From: Actinomycetota bacterium
GTDB lineage: Bacteria; Actinomycetota; Actinomycetes; JACCUZ01
Length of the DNA: 64,000 bases
Assembly (NCBI GenBank): GCA_030841035.1
Contig: JAVEDI010000054.1
Coordinates: forward strand, 5,048 to 69,047
Direction: 5' to 3'
The position numbers and the translations under genes were made by a program. Of this stretch, positions 11,781-23,833 are shown piece by piece; position 1 is the stretch's first letter, and every line of letters begins with the position of its first letter. A model generated the notes under the pieces. The model made no database searches and was not told where the DNA came from. It worked only from the letters and a program-made list of their open reading frames with translations.

Positions 11781-13280
11781 GTGAGCCCCGCCCGCCCGGC
11801 CGCCGTGGTCGTCCTCGCTGCCGGCGAGGGCACCCGGATGAAGTCGGCGATCCCCAAGGTGTTGCATGCTGTGGGCGGCCGCAGCCTGGTGCACCATGCC
11901 GTGGCGGCCGCCGCGCAGCTCGCGCCCGAGCACCTCGTCGTCGTGGTCGGGCACGGCCGCGACCAGGTCAAGGCGCACCTCGCCGAGGTGGCTCCGGAGG
12001 CTCGCACCGCCGTGCAGGACCAGCAGCTGGGCACCGGTCACGCCGTGGCCTGTGCCCTGGCCGACCTGCCCGACCTGCACGGCACGGTGGTCGTGACCTA
12101 TGGGGACACCCCGTTGCTCACCGGCGCCACCCTGCTCGAGCTGGTCGCCACCCATGCCGACCGAGGCAACGCGGTCACGGTGCTCACTGGCGAGCTCGAC
12201 GACCCGACGGGCTACGGCCGCATCCTGCGTGACGCGTCGGGAGCCGTCGTCGCGGTCGTCGAGCAGAAGGACGCGTCCGAGGAGCAGCGCGCGATCCGCG
12301 AGGTCAACTCCGGCATCTACGCCTTCGACGCCGCCGTCCTGGCCGAGACACTGGCCCGGCTCACGACCGACAACGCCCAGGGTGAGCTCTACCTCACCGA
12401 CGTCGTGGGCATCGTGAGTGGCAGGGGCGAGCGGGTCGCCGCGTTGCCGGTGACGGACCTCTGGCAGACAGCGGGGGTCAACGACCGGGTGCAGCTCGCC
12501 GCCGTGCACCGCGAGCTCAACCGTCGTACCGTCGAGGCCTGGATGCTCGCCGGGGTCACCGTCGTCGACCCGGCCACGACGTGGGTCGATGCCGACGTGA
12601 CGCTCGAGCCCGACGTCGTCCTCGAGCCCGGCACGCTGCTGCAGGGGCGTACGTCGGTGGGCCGCGGCGCCGTGGTCGGGCCCGACTGCCGGCTGGTCGA
12701 CACCGAGGTGGGCGAGGGCGCCGAGGTCAGCAACACGACGTCGTACGGCGCCGTGATCGGCGCCGGGGCGACCGTGGGGCCCTACACCTACCTGCGACCG
12801 GGCACCCGGCTGGGCCGCAAGGCCAAGGCGGGCGGCTTCACCGAGCTGAAGAACGCCGAGCTGGGTGACGGCGCCAAGGTGCCGCACCTGTCCTACGTGG
12901 GCGACGCGTCGATCGGTGCGGGGACCAACATCGGTGCGGGCACCATCTTCGCCAACTACGACGGCGTCACCAAGCACCACACGGAGGTCGGCGAGCACAG
13001 CTTCGTCGGCAGCAACAGCGTGCTCGTCGCCCCCCTCGAGATCGCCGACGGCGCCTACGTCGCCGCGGGCTCCGCCGTCACCGCACGCGTCGAGCCGGGC
13101 GAGCTCGCCGTGGCGCGCGGCAAGCAGCGCAACATCCGCGGATGGGTCGCACGTCGCCGGGCCGGCAGCCGTACGGCGGCCGCGGCCGAACGGGCCGAAC
13201 ACTCCGGGGCCCACGCCGAGCAGGGCGACCCGACACGGCAGCATCACGAGCACGACCAACGCAAGGGACGGGACGCATGA
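11781..13280 (+). CDS. glmU: bifunctional UDP-N-acetylglucosamine pyrophosphorylase / glucosamine-1-phosphate N-acetyltransferase
   Basis: VVLAAGEGTRMKS nucleotidyltransferase motif and C-terminal left-handed beta-helix hexapeptide repeats. GTG 11781 chosen (VSPARPAAVVVLAAG). ATG 11721 is possible. Confidence 0.88.
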   Translation: MSPARPAAVVVLAAGEGTRMKSAIPKVLHAVGGRSLVHHAVAAAAQLAPEHLVVVVGHGRDQVKAHLAEVAPEARTAVQDQQLGTGHAVACALADLPDLHGTVVVTYGDTPLLTGATLLELVATHADRGNAVTVLTGELDDPTGYGRILRDASGAVVAVVEQKDASEEQRAIREVNSGIYAFDAAVLAETLARLTTDNAQGELYLTDVVGIVSGRGERVAALPVTDLWQTAGVNDRVQLAAVHRELNRRTVEAWMLAGVTVVDPATTWVDADVTLEPDVVLEPGTLLQGRTSVGRGAVVGPDCRLVDTEVGEGAEVSNTTSYGAVIGAGATVGPYTYLRPGTRLGRKAKAGGFTELKNAELGDGAKVPHLSYVGDASIGAGTNIGAGTIFANYDGVTKHHTEVGEHSFVGSNSVLVAPLEIADGAYVAAGSAVTARVEPGELAVARGKQRNIRGWVARRRAGSRTAAAAERAEHSGAHAEQGDPTRQHHEHDQRKGRDA

Positions 13281-14257
13281 GCTTCATCAAGACCACGGGC
13301 GAGAAGAAGCTCATGCTCTTCTCGGGCCGGGCTCACCCGGACCTCGCGGAGTCGGTCAGCCAGCACCTGGGCATCGAGCTGACCCCGACGACCGCCTACG
13401 ACTTCGCCAACGGCGAGATCTACATCCGCTACAAGGAGTCGGTCCGCGGCTGCGACGCCTTCGTCCTGCAGAGCTGCACGTCGCCGATCAACAAGTGGGT
13501 GATGGAGACGCTCATCATGGTCGATGCGCTCAAGCGCGCGTCCGCCAAGCGGATCACCGTCGTCGTGCCGTTCTTCCCCTACGCGCGCCAGGACAAGAAG
13601 GGTCGCGGTCGCGAGCCGATCTCCGCCCGTCTGCTGGCGGACATGTTCAAGACCGCGGGCGCCGACCGGCTGATGGCCGTCGACCTGCACACCGCGCAGA
13701 TCCAGGGTTTCTTCGACGGGCCGGTCGACCACCTCTACGCGCTGCCGCTGCTCGCGTCCTACGTGCGTCGCCGCGTCGACACGACCCAGGTCGCGATCGT
13801 GTCGCCCGACGCCGGACGACTGCGCCTGGCCGAGCGGTGGTCCGAGACCCTCGGCGGCGCGCCGATCGCCTTCATCCACAAGACCCGTGACCCCGATCGA
13901 CCCAACCAGACCAGGGGCAACCGGGTGGTCGGTGACGTCGCCAACCGCGTCTGCATCCTGCAGGACGACATGATCGACACCGGTGGCACCATCACCAAGG
14001 CAGCCGACGCGCTGTTCGAGGCGGGCGCCGCCGACGTCATCATCGCCTCGACGCACGCCGTGCTGTCCGGGCCTGCGGTCGACCGCCTCAAGAACTCCCG
14101 CGTGAGCGAGGTCGTGGTCACCGACTCGCTGCCGATCGGCGAGGACCAGCGCTTCGACAAGCTGACCGTGCTGCCGATCTCCACGCTGATCGCCCGGGCC
14201 ATCCGCGAGGTCTTCGACGACGGCTCCGTGACCAGCCTCTTCGACGGACACGCCTGA
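13277..14257 (+). CDS. prs: ribose-phosphate pyrophosphokinase
   Basis: MSFIKTTGEKKLMLFSG...DLHTAQIQGFF...PRPP-binding motif DDMIDTGGT. ATG overlaps the glmU TGA (ATGA). Confidence 0.9.
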   Translation: MSFIKTTGEKKLMLFSGRAHPDLAESVSQHLGIELTPTTAYDFANGEIYIRYKESVRGCDAFVLQSCTSPINKWVMETLIMVDALKRASAKRITVVVPFFPYARQDKKGRGREPISARLLADMFKTAGADRLMAVDLHTAQIQGFFDGPVDHLYALPLLASYVRRRVDTTQVAIVSPDAGRLRLAERWSETLGGAPIAFIHKTRDPDRPNQTRGNRVVGDVANRVCILQDDMIDTGGTITKAADALFEAGAADVIIASTHAVLSGPAVDRLKNSRVSEVVVTDSLPIGEDQRFDKLTVLPISTLIARAIREVFDDGSVTSLFDGHA

Positions 14258-14467
14258 GGCCTGCCGCAGGAGGGCCGCCGTACGACCGCGGTTTGGGCCC
14301 GGCGAACGGCGCGGCTAGACTGCTGCGGTTGCCCGGCGAGGGACGCCGTTCAGGCTCCGTCATCGACGCGGTGGTCACGACTCGACATGCTCGTGCCGGC
14401 CTCTGCGCGCCGGCACCGACGACCACCGCAAGCGTTGCACGACGATGAGCTCCGAGGAGTAGGCACT

Positions 14468-15166
14468 GTGTCCGAGGTCCGACTGTCCGCCGAGTCCCGC
14501 ACCGAGTTCGGCAAGGGCGCGGCCCGCCGCATCCGCCGGGCGAACAAGGTCCCTGCCGTGCTGTACGGCCATGGCGCCGACCCCCGGCACATCTCGCTGC
14601 CCGGTCACGAGCTCATGCTCGCCCTCAAGACCCAGAACGCGCTGCTCACCCTCGACATCGACGGCGGCGCGGACGAGCTCGCGTTGCCCAAGGAGGTGCA
14701 GCGGGACCCGATCAAGGGCTTCATCGAGCACGTCGACCTCGTAGTGGTCCGCCGCGGCGAGAAGGTCCACGTCGAGGTCGCCGTTCACCTGGTGGGCGAG
14801 GCGGCTCCCGACACCTTCGTCACGACCGAGCACCAGACGCTGACCGTCGAGGCCGAGGCCACCGCGATCCCTACGGGTGTCGACATCTCCATCCAAGGCC
14901 TCAAGGTGGGCACCCAGATCCACGCCAAGGACGTCAAGCTCCCCGCGGGTGTCACGCTGGTCACCGACGAGGACGCCTTGGTCGTCAACATCAGCGCGGC
15001 GACCACGGCCGAGGAGCTGGAGGCCGAGCTGGCCGAGGCTGAGGCCGAGGTCGGCATCGTGCACGAGCCCACCGAGGCGGAGCTGGCGGCCGAGGCGGAG
15101 GCTGCCGAGGCGACCGAGGGCGCCCCGGCCGAGGGTGGCAGCGAGGGCGAACAGGCCGGCAGCTGA
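14468..15166 (+). CDS. rplY: 50S ribosomal protein L25 / general stress protein Ctc
   Basis: [23 protein letters not shown]...VPAVLYGHG, with an acidic Ala/Glu-rich C-terminal tail. GTG 14468 is preceded by GAGGAG with an 8-nt gap. The upstream part of the track ORF is rejected. Confidence 0.85.
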   Translation: MSEVRLSAESRTEFGKGAARRIRRANKVPAVLYGHGADPRHISLPGHELMLALKTQNALLTLDIDGGADELALPKEVQRDPIKGFIEHVDLVVVRRGEKVHVEVAVHLVGEAAPDTFVTTEHQTLTVEAEATAIPTGVDISIQGLKVGTQIHAKDVKLPAGVTLVTDEDALVVNISAATTAEELEAELAEAEAEVGIVHEPTEAELAAEAEAAEATEGAPAEGGSEGEQAGS

Positions 15167-15198
15167 GGCTGTTCACCCCGCGCCGGCCGGAGACCGAG

Positions 15199-15801
15199 GT
15201 GGCCGGTGTGCCAGGGGCAGCCGACGTCGCGGGACGCGACGTCTGGTTGGTCGTGGGTCTTGGCAATCCCGGGCCCGGCTACGCCGGCAACCGCCACAAC
15301 GTCGGGTTCATGGTCGTCGACCTGCTGGCCCGGCGGATGGGCGGGCGGTTCAAGGCGCACAAGGCCCGCGCGGACGTGCTCGAAGGTCGCCTCGAGGGCC
15401 GGCGTGTGGTCCTGGTGAAGCCGCGGTCCTACATGAACGAGTCCGGCGGGCCGGTCTCCTCGTTGCGCGACTTCTTCAAGGTCGACCTCGACCACCTCGT
15501 CGTCGTCCATGACGAGCTCGACCTGCCGTACGGCGGCCTGCGGCTCAAGCTGGGCGGCGGCGACAACGGTCACAACGGGCTGAAGTCGCTGCGCCGGTCG
15601 CTCGGATCGGGGGAGTTCCAGCGGGCCCGGTTCGGGATCGGACGACCGCCCGGCCGCATGGACGCCGCGGCCTTCGTGCTGCGCGACTTCGGTGCCGCCG
15701 AGCGCAAGGACCTCGAGCTCAACGTCGACCGGACGGCCGACGCCGTCGAGGCGCTGGTCACCGACGGCCTCGAGCGCGCGCAGAACACCTTCAACACCTG
15801 A
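15199..15801 (+). CDS. pth: peptidyl-tRNA hydrolase
   Basis: [21 protein letters not shown]...HNGLKS catalytic motifs. Adjacent to rplY as in mycobacteria. Confidence 0.85.
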   Translation: MAGVPGAADVAGRDVWLVVGLGNPGPGYAGNRHNVGFMVVDLLARRMGGRFKAHKARADVLEGRLEGRRVVLVKPRSYMNESGGPVSSLRDFFKVDLDHLVVVHDELDLPYGGLRLKLGGGDNGHNGLKSLRRSLGSGEFQRARFGIGRPPGRMDAAAFVLRDFGAAERKDLELNVDRTADAVEALVTDGLERAQNTFNT

Positions 15802-16477
15802 GCGACCGGGGCCGCCGTGAGCGGTCCACCAGGGCCAGGCCGTAGCCCACCGCAGGCCCCACCAGCAGCGCGAACATGACGGTGCCGAGCCCCACCGTCC
15901 CGCCGAGCAGCCAGCCCACGACGAGCACGGACACCTCGATGGACAGCCGGACCGGCGTGACCGGCAGCCCGGTCCGGCGGTGCAGACCCGTCATCAGCCC
16001 GTCGCGCGGCCCAGGCCCCATCGCGGCCGTCAGGTAGAGCGCGCTGCCGAGGCCGATCAGCGCGATGCCGAACAGCACCGAGGCGAACTGGGCCAGCGGC
16101 TCGCGGGGGGTCGCCAGGATCGGCACGGTGACGCCGATCGAGGCCGCGATGACCACCGCGTTGGCGATCGTGCCCAGCCCCGGTCGTTCCCGCAGCGGCA
16201 GCCAGAGCAGCAGCACCACCGCGCTGATGACGAACGTCGCGGCACCGATGCCGATGCCGGAGCGGACGGCGAGGCCCTGGGCGAGCACGGTCCAGGGGCT
16301 CACGCCGATGCCCGCGTCGACGAGCACCGCCTCACCGGTGCCGAAGAGCCACAGGCCCCCCACCAGGACGATCAACGTCACCGGCCCGGCGCGCCAGCGC
16401 GACGGTGCGCGCCACGGCGTGCTCGGCACGGTGCGGGCCGGTGCCAGCCGGCGTGAGAGGGCGCCCAACCGGCGCAC
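15791..16477 (-). CDS. hypothetical polytopic membrane protein (possibly YitT/YczE-like)
   Basis: The hydrophobic C-terminal 228 aa of track ORF 15791..17353. GTG start at 16477 lies 9 nt downstream of the ppc stop. The upstream part of the ORF is an off-frame overlap with ppc. Confidence 0.5.
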   Translation of the reverse strand: MRRLGALSRRLAPARTVPSTPWRAPSRWRAGPVTLIVLVGGLWLFGTGEAVLVDAGIGVSPWTVLAQGLAVRSGIGIGAATFVISAVVLLLWLPLRERPGLGTIANAVVIAASIGVTVPILATPREPLAQFASVLFGIALIGLGSALYLTAAMGPGPRDGLMTGLHRRTGLPVTPVRLSIEVSVLVVGWLLGGTVGLGTVMFALLVGPAVGYGLALVDRSRRPRSLRC

Positions 16478-16485
16478 TGCGCGGA

Positions 16486-19230
16486 TCAACCGGTGTTGCG
16501 CAGGCCCGCGGCCACGCCGTTGACGGTGAGCAGCAAGGCCTGGCGCAGTTCCGGGTCGATGTCGCGCCCGGCCGCCCGTGCCTCGCGCGATCGGCGCAGC
16601 AGGGTGACCTGCAGCGAGCTGATCGGGTCGAGGTAGGCGTCGCGGACCTGCAGCGTCTGGGCCAGCAACGGGTTGTCGCCGACCAGCTGCTGCTGCCCGG
16701 TGGCGGCCAGGACCTCGCGGACGGTGGTCTCGTGCTCCTCGCGCACGATGTCGAAGACGCCGTGCAGCGCGGGGTCGACCAGCGAGTCGACGTAGATCCC
16801 GGCGATGCGCATGTCGGTCTTGGCCAGCGTCATGGCGACGTTGGAGAGAAAGGTCCGGAAGAAGTGCCAGCCGCCGTACATCTCGTCCAGCGTGTCGCCG
16901 AGGCCGGCGGCGCGCACCGCGGCCAGCCCCGACCCGACCCCGAACCAGCCGGGCACGATCTGGCGCGACTGGGTCCAGCCGAAGACCCACGGGATCGCGC
17001 GCAGGCCCTCGAGCCCGGCACCGCTGTCGGGCCGGCGGGACGGTCGCGAGCCGATGTTGAGGTCGGTCAGCAGCTCGACCGGCGTGGACTGCACGAAGTA
17101 GGCGGCCAGGTCGGGGTGCTCGACGAACCGGCGGTACGTCGTGTGGGCCTGCCCGGAGAGCAGGTCCATGACGTCGTCCCAGCGGCGCAGCGCCTCGGGT
17201 CCGGTGCGCGAGGAGCGGTGCAGGACGGTCGCTTCGAGGGTGGCCGCCACGGTGAGCTCGAGGTTCTCCCGGGCCAGTGCTGGCAGCAGGTACTTGTCCG
17301 AGATGACCTCCCCCTGCTCGGTCACCTTGATCTCGCCGTCCAGCGTCCCCCACGGCTGGGCCAGGATCGCGTCATGGCTGGGACCGCCGCCGCGGCCCAC
17401 GGTCCCGCCGCGGCCGTGGAACAGGCGCAGCCGCACCCCGTGGCGCACCGCGACGTCGCGCAGCGCTCGCTGCGCGCGGTGGATCTCCCACTGCGACGTC
17501 GCGATGCCCGCCTCCTTGTTGGAGTCGGAGTAGCCGAGCATGACCTCCTGCACGTCGCCGCGCAGCGCGACGAGGCGGCGGTACGACGGTTCGGCGAGCA
17601 GGTCGTCGAGCACCCGGCCCGCCTCCCGTAGCTCCTGGACCGTCTCGAGCAGGGGTACGAAGCCGACGCGGGCCACGTCGCGCCCGAGGTCGACGAGACC
17701 CGCCTCCCGGGCGAGCAGCACCGCGGCGAGGACGTCGTCGGGGCCGCGGGTCATCGAGATGATGTAGCTCTCGCACACGTCGGGACCGAACCGGTCGAGC
17801 GCCTCACGGATGGTGGTGAACACGCCCAGCGTGCGGGTCCCCGCCTCGTCGAGGTCGGGCGGCGTCGGCGCCAGCGGTCGGCGCCCGGCAAGCTCCCTGC
17901 CCAGCACGGCCAGCCGGTGCCCGCGGGGCAGGTCGGCGTAGCGCCACGACAGCTCCCCGAGCCGGTCGAAGAGCTGGGCCAGCGCGTGGTGGTGCGCGTC
18001 GGCGTGCTCGCGCACGTCGAGCGTCGCGAGGTGCAGCCCGAACGCCGACACGGTGCGGATCAGCCGGTCGAGGCGGCCGCGGGCGGCGAGCTCGCCGCGG
18101 TGGGCCAGCAGCGAGTCCCGCATCAGGGCGAGGTCGGCGAGCAGCTCGGCGGTCCCCAGGTAGTCGTTGCCCGGCCGGTGCGGCCGGCCCGCCGCGATCC
18201 GGGCACGGGTGTTGGCCAGCCGCTGGGTGATGCAGCGACCCTTGAGCCGGTACGGCTCCTCCGCGTTGATGCGCAGCGCGCGCGGGTCCAGCTCGGGCAG
18301 CGCCGCGACGTCCCGGGCGATGCTGTCGAGCAGCTCCTGGCTCGCCCCGACGAGCCGCACCGACGGCGACAGGTCCTCCATCAGCGCCTCGACCAGTGCC
18401 GTCACGTCGCGGATGGCGTGCCCGTGCTGGAGGATGAGCACCTGCATCGTCACCGCTGGCGTGACGTTGGGGTTGCCGTCACGGTCCCCGCCGATCCAGC
18501 TGCCGAAGGACAGCGGCCGCGCGTCGGCCGGGAGGGGTACGTCGAGGGTGGCGAGCTCGTCGGTGAGCTCGTCGAGGACGTCACCGACCGGTCCCAGCAT
18601 CAGCTCGTCGAGGTAGTACGCCGCGCCGCGCGCCTCGTCGACCGGTTCGGGGCGGTCCTGGCGCAGCTCGTCGGTCTGCCACAGCAGGTCGATGATCTCG
18701 GCGAGGCGCCGGTCGGTCCGCGGGTCGTCACCGCTCGGGTCGAGCTCGAGCAGGTCCGCGACCCGGCGCCGCTTGGACAGGATCGAGCGGCGCGCGGCCT
18801 CGGTCGGGTGGGCGGTGAAGACCGGCCGGACCGCGACCCGGGCGACGAGGTCGTGCAGCTCGTCCGGGTCGATCGCGGCCGCGCGGATACGCTCGACCGC
18901 GCGGGTGAGCCAGCCGCCCTTCAGCACCCGCTCGCGGCGCATCGCACGCGACCGGTGCACCTGCTCGGTGACGTTGGCCAGGTGGAAGTAGGTGCCGAAC
19001 GCCCGCACCAGGCGGGCCGCCGTCTCGAGGTCGACCGAGGCGAGCAGCTCGGTCAACGCGGCCGCGTCCGACCGGCTCAGGGCGCGCACCTGCTCGACCA
19101 GGTCGAGCAGCTCCTGGCCCTCCTGGCGCACGAGCGACTCGCCCAACAGGTTGCCCAGCCTTCGGATGTCGGCGCGCAACGCGGCCGGCTCGTCCAGCTC
19201 GGGCACCGGTGGCGGCAGCGGCGTGCTCAC
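16486..19230 (-). CDS. ppc: phosphoenolpyruvate carboxylase
   Basis: PEPC signatures ([14 protein letters not shown]; [13 protein letters not shown]; [14 protein letters not shown]). Start set at GTG 19230 (VSTPLPPP), preceded 6 nt upstream by GAGGAG, giving about 914 aa. The 394-aa N-terminal extension in the track is rejected. Confidence 0.9.
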   Translation of the reverse strand: MSTPLPPPVPELDEPAALRADIRRLGNLLGESLVRQEGQELLDLVEQVRALSRSDAAALTELLASVDLETAARLVRAFGTYFHLANVTEQVHRSRAMRRERVLKGGWLTRAVERIRAAAIDPDELHDLVARVAVRPVFTAHPTEAARRSILSKRRRVADLLELDPSGDDPRTDRRLAEIIDLLWQTDELRQDRPEPVDEARGAAYYLDELMLGPVGDVLDELTDELATLDVPLPADARPLSFGSWIGGDRDGNPNVTPAVTMQVLILQHGHAIRDVTALVEALMEDLSPSVRLVGASQELLDSIARDVAALPELDPRALRINAEEPYRLKGRCITQRLANTRARIAAGRPHRPGNDYLGTAELLADLALMRDSLLAHRGELAARGRLDRLIRTVSAFGLHLATLDVREHADAHHHALAQLFDRLGELSWRYADLPRGHRLAVLGRELAGRRPLAPTPPDLDEAGTRTLGVFTTIREALDRFGPDVCESYIISMTRGPDDVLAAVLLAREAGLVDLGRDVARVGFVPLLETVQELREAGRVLDDLLAEPSYRRLVALRGDVQEVMLGYSDSNKEAGIATSQWEIHRAQRALRDVAVRHGVRLRLFHGRGGTVGRGGGPSHDAILAQPWGTLDGEIKVTEQGEVISDKYLLPALARENLELTVAATLEATVLHRSSRTGPEALRRWDDVMDLLSGQAHTTYRRFVEHPDLAAYFVQSTPVELLTDLNIGSRPSRRPDSGAGLEGLRAIPWVFGWTQSRQIVPGWFGVGSGLAAVRAAGLGDTLDEMYGGWHFFRTFLSNVAMTLAKTDMRIAGIYVDSLVDPALHGVFDIVREEHETTVREVLAATGQQQLVGDNPLLAQTLQVRDAYLDPISSLQVTLLRRSREARAAGRDIDPELRQALLLTVNGVAAGLRNTG

Positions 19231-19458
19231 GCGGATCTCCTCGCTGGCGGGGGCGGCGGTTACGACGATAGGCGTTGCGCCACCATCCGAGACGCGCGGA
19301 TTCGCGATCCGAGACGTCGTTGCCGCGGCCAGGAGCGCCCGGTGGGCCGCCGCGCCGCACCGGCCGTCGGGCGCCCGACGTAGGCTGGGAAGGTCCCGGC
19401 CGCCCCTGATCCACCGCGGCCGGGCAGCCGTGTTGTCCCCATCCGCACCGGAGCCCTC

Positions 19459-22400
19459 GTGAGCCTGACCGGCATCCTCGACGCCCTGCTGGACTCGAGC
19501 AGTCCCGAGGGCGGCGATCCCGCGATCACCGCGGCGGTCGAGGCTGCCCGGACGGGCGTCCAGTACGACCTCGAGCTGACCGCCCCCGGCGGCGTGCGGC
19601 CGTTCGTGCTCGCCGCGGTGGCCGGCCGGGGCGGTCGTCCCGTCCTCGCGGTCACGGCCACCGAGCGGGAGGCCGACAGCCTGGTCACCTCGCTGCGCGA
19701 CGTGCTGCCCGACGACGCGGTCGCCGGTTTCCCGGCCTGGGAGACGTTGCCCCACGAGCGGCTGAGTCCGCGCAGCGACACGGTCGGGCGCCGCCTCGCG
19801 GTGCTCCGGAGGCTGGCGCACCCCGAGGACGAGCCGCGTCGCGCCGGGCTGCAGGTCGTCGTCGCGCCGGTCCGCAGCCTTCTGCAGCCGATGGTGGCCG
19901 GTCTCGGACACCTCGAGCCGGTGGCGGTGTCGGCCGGTGACGAGGTGGACCTCGACGACCTGGTCGCGCGGCTCGCCGGTGCGGCGTACAGCCGGGTCGA
20001 CCTCGTGGAGAAGCGCGGCGACTTCGCCGTCCGCGGCGGCATCCTTGACATCTTCCCGCCCACCGAGGAGCACCCGCTGCGCCTCGAGCTGTGGGGCGAC
20101 TCGGTCGAGGAGATCCGCTACTTCAAGGTGGCCGACCAGCGCAGCCTCGAGATCGCCCCGCAGGGGCTGTGGGCGCCGCCCTGCCGCGAGCTGCTGCTGA
20201 CCGACCAGGTCCGCGAGCGCGCCGCCGAGCTGGCAACGGCCTACCCCGGGCTGGGGGACGTCTTCGACAAGCTCGCGCAGGGCATCGCGGTCGAGGGGAT
20301 GGAGTCGCTCGCGCCGGTGCTGGTCGAGGACATGGTGCTGCTGCTGGAGCAGATGCCCGCGGGCACCCACGTGGTCGTCAGCGACCCCGAACGGGTGCGC
20401 ACCAGGGCGCACGACCTGTTCGCCACGAGCAAGGAGTTCCTCGAGGCGTCATGGGCCAACGCCGCGGCCGGTGCCGCGACCCCCATCGACCTCGGCGCCG
20501 CCGCCTACCGCAGCCTCGCCGACCTGCGCGGCCTCGCGGCGCGCTCGGGGACCCCGTGGTGGGCCCTCACGCCGTTCGGGTCGGACCCGGCCGAGATCGA
20601 CGGCACCGAGCACGTCGACGGTCACCTCGACGACACGTCGGCGGTCGACGCGCGCGCCATCGACGGCTACCGCGGCGACACGGCCCGGGCCGTGGCCGAC
20701 ATCAAGGGCTGGATGGGCGACGGCTGGCGCGTGGTGCTGGTGACCGAGGGCCACGGGCCGGCCGAGCGGATGGTCGAGGTGCTCCGAGGAGAGGACGTCG
20801 CCGCGCGGCTGGACCCGACGGTCGACACGGTCCCCGACCCCTCTGTCGTGCACGTGACGTGCGGCGGGCTGGAGCGTGGCTTCATCAGCGACCGCCTGCG
20901 CCTCGCGGTGCTGACCGAGACCGACCTGCTCGGCCAGCCGGGCCCCTCCACCAGGGGCGAGCGGCGCATGCCGAGCCGGCGGCGCAACACCGTCGACCCG
21001 CTGCAGCTCAGGACCGGTGACTACGTCGTGCACGAGCAGCACGGCGTGGGCCGCTACGTCGAGATGGCTCAGCGCACCGTCCAGGGCGCGACGCGGGAGT
21101 ACCTGCTCATCGAGTACGCGCCGTCCAGGCGCGGGCACCCGGGCGACCGGCTGTTCGTGCCAACCGACCAGCTCGACCAGGTGACGCGCTACGTCGGTGG
21201 GGAGCAGCCCTCGCTGCACCGGCTCGGCGGCGCCGACTGGCAGAAGGCCAAGGGCCGGGCCCGCAAGGCGGTCAAGGAGATCGCCGCGGAGCTCATCCGG
21301 CTCTACGCCGCCCGCACCTCGGCGCCGGGGTTCGCGTTCGGGCCCGACACGCCCTGGCAGCGCGAGCTCGAGGACGCCTTCCCCTACACGGAGACGCCCG
21401 ACCAGCTCGGCGCCGTCGAGGAGGTCAAGCACGACATGGAGCAGACGGTCCCGATGGACCGGCTGATCTGCGGCGACGTCGGCTACGGCAAGACGGAGAT
21501 CGCCGTGCGGGCCGCGTTCAAGGCGGTGCAGGACGGCAAGCAGGTCGCGGTCCTCGTCCCGACCACCCTGTTGGTCAACCAGCACCTGTCGACCTTCACC
21601 GAGCGCTACGCCAGCTTCCCGGTGACCGTGGGCGCGCTCTCGCGCTTCCAGAGCAACAAGGAGGCCGAGGAGGTCAAGGCGCGCCTGGCCGAGGGCAGCC
21701 TGGACGTCGTGATCGGCACCCACCGCATCCTGTCCAACGAGGTGCGCTTCAAGGACCTCGGGCTGGTCATCGTCGACGAGGAGCAACGCTTCGGCGTCGA
21801 GCACAAGGAGCAGCTCAAACACCTGCGCACCAACGTCGACGTGCTGACCATGTCGGCCACGCCCATCCCGCGGACCTTGGAGATGGCGGTGACCGGCATC
21901 CGCGAGATGTCGACCATCCTCACGCCACCCGAGGAGCGCCACCCGGTCCTGACCTTCGTCGGCGGCTACGACGAGAAGCAGATCGGGGCCGCGATCCGGC
22001 GCGAGCTGCTGCGCGACGGTCAGATCTTCTACATCCACAACCGGGTCGAGTCGATCGAGCGGGCGGCCGCCCGCCTGCGCGACATCGTGCCGGAGGCGCG
22101 CATCGCGATCGCGCACGGCCAGATGAACGAGCGCCCGCTCGAGCAGGTCGTGCTCGACTTCTGGGAGAAGCGCTACGACGTCCTGGTGTGCACCACCATC
22201 GTCGAGAGCGGCCTGGACATCTCCAACGCCAACACGCTGATCGTCGAGCGGGCCGACGTCATGGGACTCAGCCAGCTGCACCAGCTGCGCGGCCGGGTCG
22301 GTCGCGGGCGGGAGCGGGCCTACTCCTACTTCCTGTACCCGCCGGAGAAGCCGCTGACCGAGACCGCCCACGACCGGCTGGCCACCATCGCCGCGCACAG

Positions 22401-23052
22401 CGACCTCGGTGCCGGCATGTACGTCGCCATGAAGGACCTCGAGATCCGTGGCGCGGGCAACCTGCTCGGTGGCGAGCAGTCCGGACACATCGCCGCCGTC
22501 GGTTTCGACCTCTACGTGCGGCTGGTCGGCGAGGCCGTGGCCGACTTCAAGGGCGAGGCGGTGCAGGAGCTCGGCGACATGAAGGTCGAGCTGCCGGTCG
22601 ACGCGCACCTGCCCCACGACTACATCCCCGGCGAGCGCCTGCGTCTGGAGGCCTACCGCAAGCTGGCGTCGGTGGCCACCGAGGAGGACCTGGCCGCGGT
22701 GGTCGCTGAGCTCGACGACCGCTACGGGCAGCTGCCCGAGCCGGTCACGAACCTGGTCGAGGTGGCCCGGTTCCGGCTGCTCGCCCGTTCCGCAGGGCTG
22801 ACCGACGTGGCCAGCGCCGGCAAGCACGTCCGGCTCGGGCCGGTGGACCTGCGCGAGAGCCAGCAGATGCGCCTTCAGCGCCTCTACCCGGGCTCGCTGG
22901 TCAAGCAGGCGGTCCGTACCATCCTGGTGCCGACCCCCTCGACTGCCCGGGTCGGCGGCCAGCCGCTGCGCGACGTACCGCTGCTGCAGTGGGCGCGCGA
23001 GCTGATCGAGACCGTCCTGCTCGACGCGCCGGCCGCCCCGGCGGCAGGCTGA
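19459..23052 (+). CDS. mfd: transcription-repair coupling factor
   Basis: 1197 aa with UvrB-like N-terminus, RNAP-interaction domain and superfamily-2 helicase motifs (GDVGYGKTE; DEEQRFGV; TPIPRT). Confidence 0.92.
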   Translation: MSLTGILDALLDSSSPEGGDPAITAAVEAARTGVQYDLELTAPGGVRPFVLAAVAGRGGRPVLAVTATEREADSLVTSLRDVLPDDAVAGFPAWETLPHERLSPRSDTVGRRLAVLRRLAHPEDEPRRAGLQVVVAPVRSLLQPMVAGLGHLEPVAVSAGDEVDLDDLVARLAGAAYSRVDLVEKRGDFAVRGGILDIFPPTEEHPLRLELWGDSVEEIRYFKVADQRSLEIAPQGLWAPPCRELLLTDQVRERAAELATAYPGLGDVFDKLAQGIAVEGMESLAPVLVEDMVLLLEQMPAGTHVVVSDPERVRTRAHDLFATSKEFLEASWANAAAGAATPIDLGAAAYRSLADLRGLAARSGTPWWALTPFGSDPAEIDGTEHVDGHLDDTSAVDARAIDGYRGDTARAVADIKGWMGDGWRVVLVTEGHGPAERMVEVLRGEDVAARLDPTVDTVPDPSVVHVTCGGLERGFISDRLRLAVLTETDLLGQPGPSTRGERRMPSRRRNTVDPLQLRTGDYVVHEQHGVGRYVEMAQRTVQGATREYLLIEYAPSRRGHPGDRLFVPTDQLDQVTRYVGGEQPSLHRLGGADWQKAKGRARKAVKEIAAELIRLYAARTSAPGFAFGPDTPWQRELEDAFPYTETPDQLGAVEEVKHDMEQTVPMDRLICGDVGYGKTEIAVRAAFKAVQDGKQVAVLVPTTLLVNQHLSTFTERYASFPVTVGALSRFQSNKEAEEVKARLAEGSLDVVIGTHRILSNEVRFKDLGLVIVDEEQRFGVEHKEQLKHLRTNVDVLTMSATPIPRTLEMAVTGIREMSTILTPPEERHPVLTFVGGYDEKQIGAAIRRELLRDGQIFYIHNRVESIERAAARLRDIVPEARIAIAHGQMNERPLEQVVLDFWEKRYDVLVCTTIVESGLDISNANTLIVERADVMGLSQLHQLRGRVGRGRERAYSYFLYPPEKPLTETAHDRLATIAAHSDLGAGMYVAMKDLEIRGAGNLLGGEQSGHIAAVGFDLYVRLVGEAVADFKGEAVQELGDMKVELPVDAHLPHDYIPGERLRLEAYRKLASVATEEDLAAVVAELDDRYGQLPEPVTNLVEVARFRLLARSAGLTDVASAGKHVRLGPVDLRESQQMRLQRLYPGSLVKQAVRTILVPTPSTARVGGQPLRDVPLLQWARELIETVLLDAPAAPAAG

Positions 23053-23080
23053 GGCACAGCGCCCACATGCACCACCCGAC

Positions 23081-23125
23081 CCGCACCACCGCCGACCTCC
23101 GCACCACCGCCGACCTCCGCACCAC
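23081..23125. repeat. 18-bp direct repeat x2.5 (ccgcaccaccgccgacct) between mfd and the SurA-like lipoprotein gene
   Basis: Read directly: copies at 23081-23098 and 23099-23116, partial copy at 23117-23125. Confidence 0.8.
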
Positions 23126-23139
23126 GCGACAGAGAACCG

Positions 23140-23793
23140 ATGAGAAGGACCGTGATGAACACCTCGAGCCGCCTGCGCCGCACGCTGGTCTCGGTCGTCG
23201 TCGCCCTGCTGGCCACGGGCACGCTCGCCGCCTGCAACGCCGACCAGCTGGGCGCCGCCGCGATCGTCGACGGCCGCACTATCACGACTGCACAGCTGCA
23301 GTCGGCGACGCGCTCCTACCTCGCCACCGTGCGCACGGCCGACAGCAGCAAGGTCCAGCTGCGCATCCTCGAGCGGATGGTCCTCTCTCGGGTCATCGAC
23401 ACGGCGGCCCGCAACGAGGGCGTCGGCGTCCGGGCCGGCACGGTCGCGCGCGAGCGCGACCGGGTGCTCAAGAGCGTCGGAGGCAGCCGCAAGGACCTCG
23501 TGCGTGCCCTCGCGCAGCAGCAGACACCTACGGTGCTGCCGCCCTCGCAGGTCGACCGCTGGGTGCGCGATCGGCTGCTCTACAACAAGATCGTGGCGAA
23601 GCTGGCCGGCGGCGGCGACCCGGCGTCCGCGGAGTCGGCCGCCAGGGCCACCAACGAACTGGTCAAGGCCAGCCGCTCGATGAAGATCACGATCAACCCC
23701 CGCTACGGCCGCTGGGACCCCGCCCGCGGCATCGAGTCGCAGATCAGTGGCGGGCTGTCCAAGACCGCCGCGCAGCTGACCAGTCAGAAGTGA
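23140..23793 (+). CDS. SurA-N-domain-like lipoprotein (putative periplasmic chaperone)
   Basis: Signal peptide with lipobox LAAC. Remaining fold resembles the SurA N-terminal chaperone domain. Confidence 0.55.
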   Translation: MRRTVMNTSSRLRRTLVSVVVALLATGTLAACNADQLGAAAIVDGRTITTAQLQSATRSYLATVRTADSSKVQLRILERMVLSRVIDTAARNEGVGVRAGTVARERDRVLKSVGGSRKDLVRALAQQQTPTVLPPSQVDRWVRDRLLYNKIVAKLAGGGDPASAESAARATNELVKASRSMKITINPRYGRWDPARGIESQISGGLSKTAAQLTSQK

Positions 23794-23833
23794 CCCGCCG
23801 GCCCGTCGTCCGCGGGACCGGGACCGGGAGGCA

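Noticed and set aside
14387-14467. Track start of rplY at 14387 (MLVPASARRH...)
   Set aside because: The N-terminal 27 aa are Arg/Pro-rich and lack an SD. GTG 14468 has a GAGGAG SD and gives the canonical L25 N-terminus.
19231-20412. 394-aa N-terminal extension of the ppc ORF in the track
   Set aside because: The extension is Arg/His-rich nonsense and overlaps mfd on the opposite strand. GTG 19230 with a GAGGAG SD gives a normal 914-aa PEP carboxylase.
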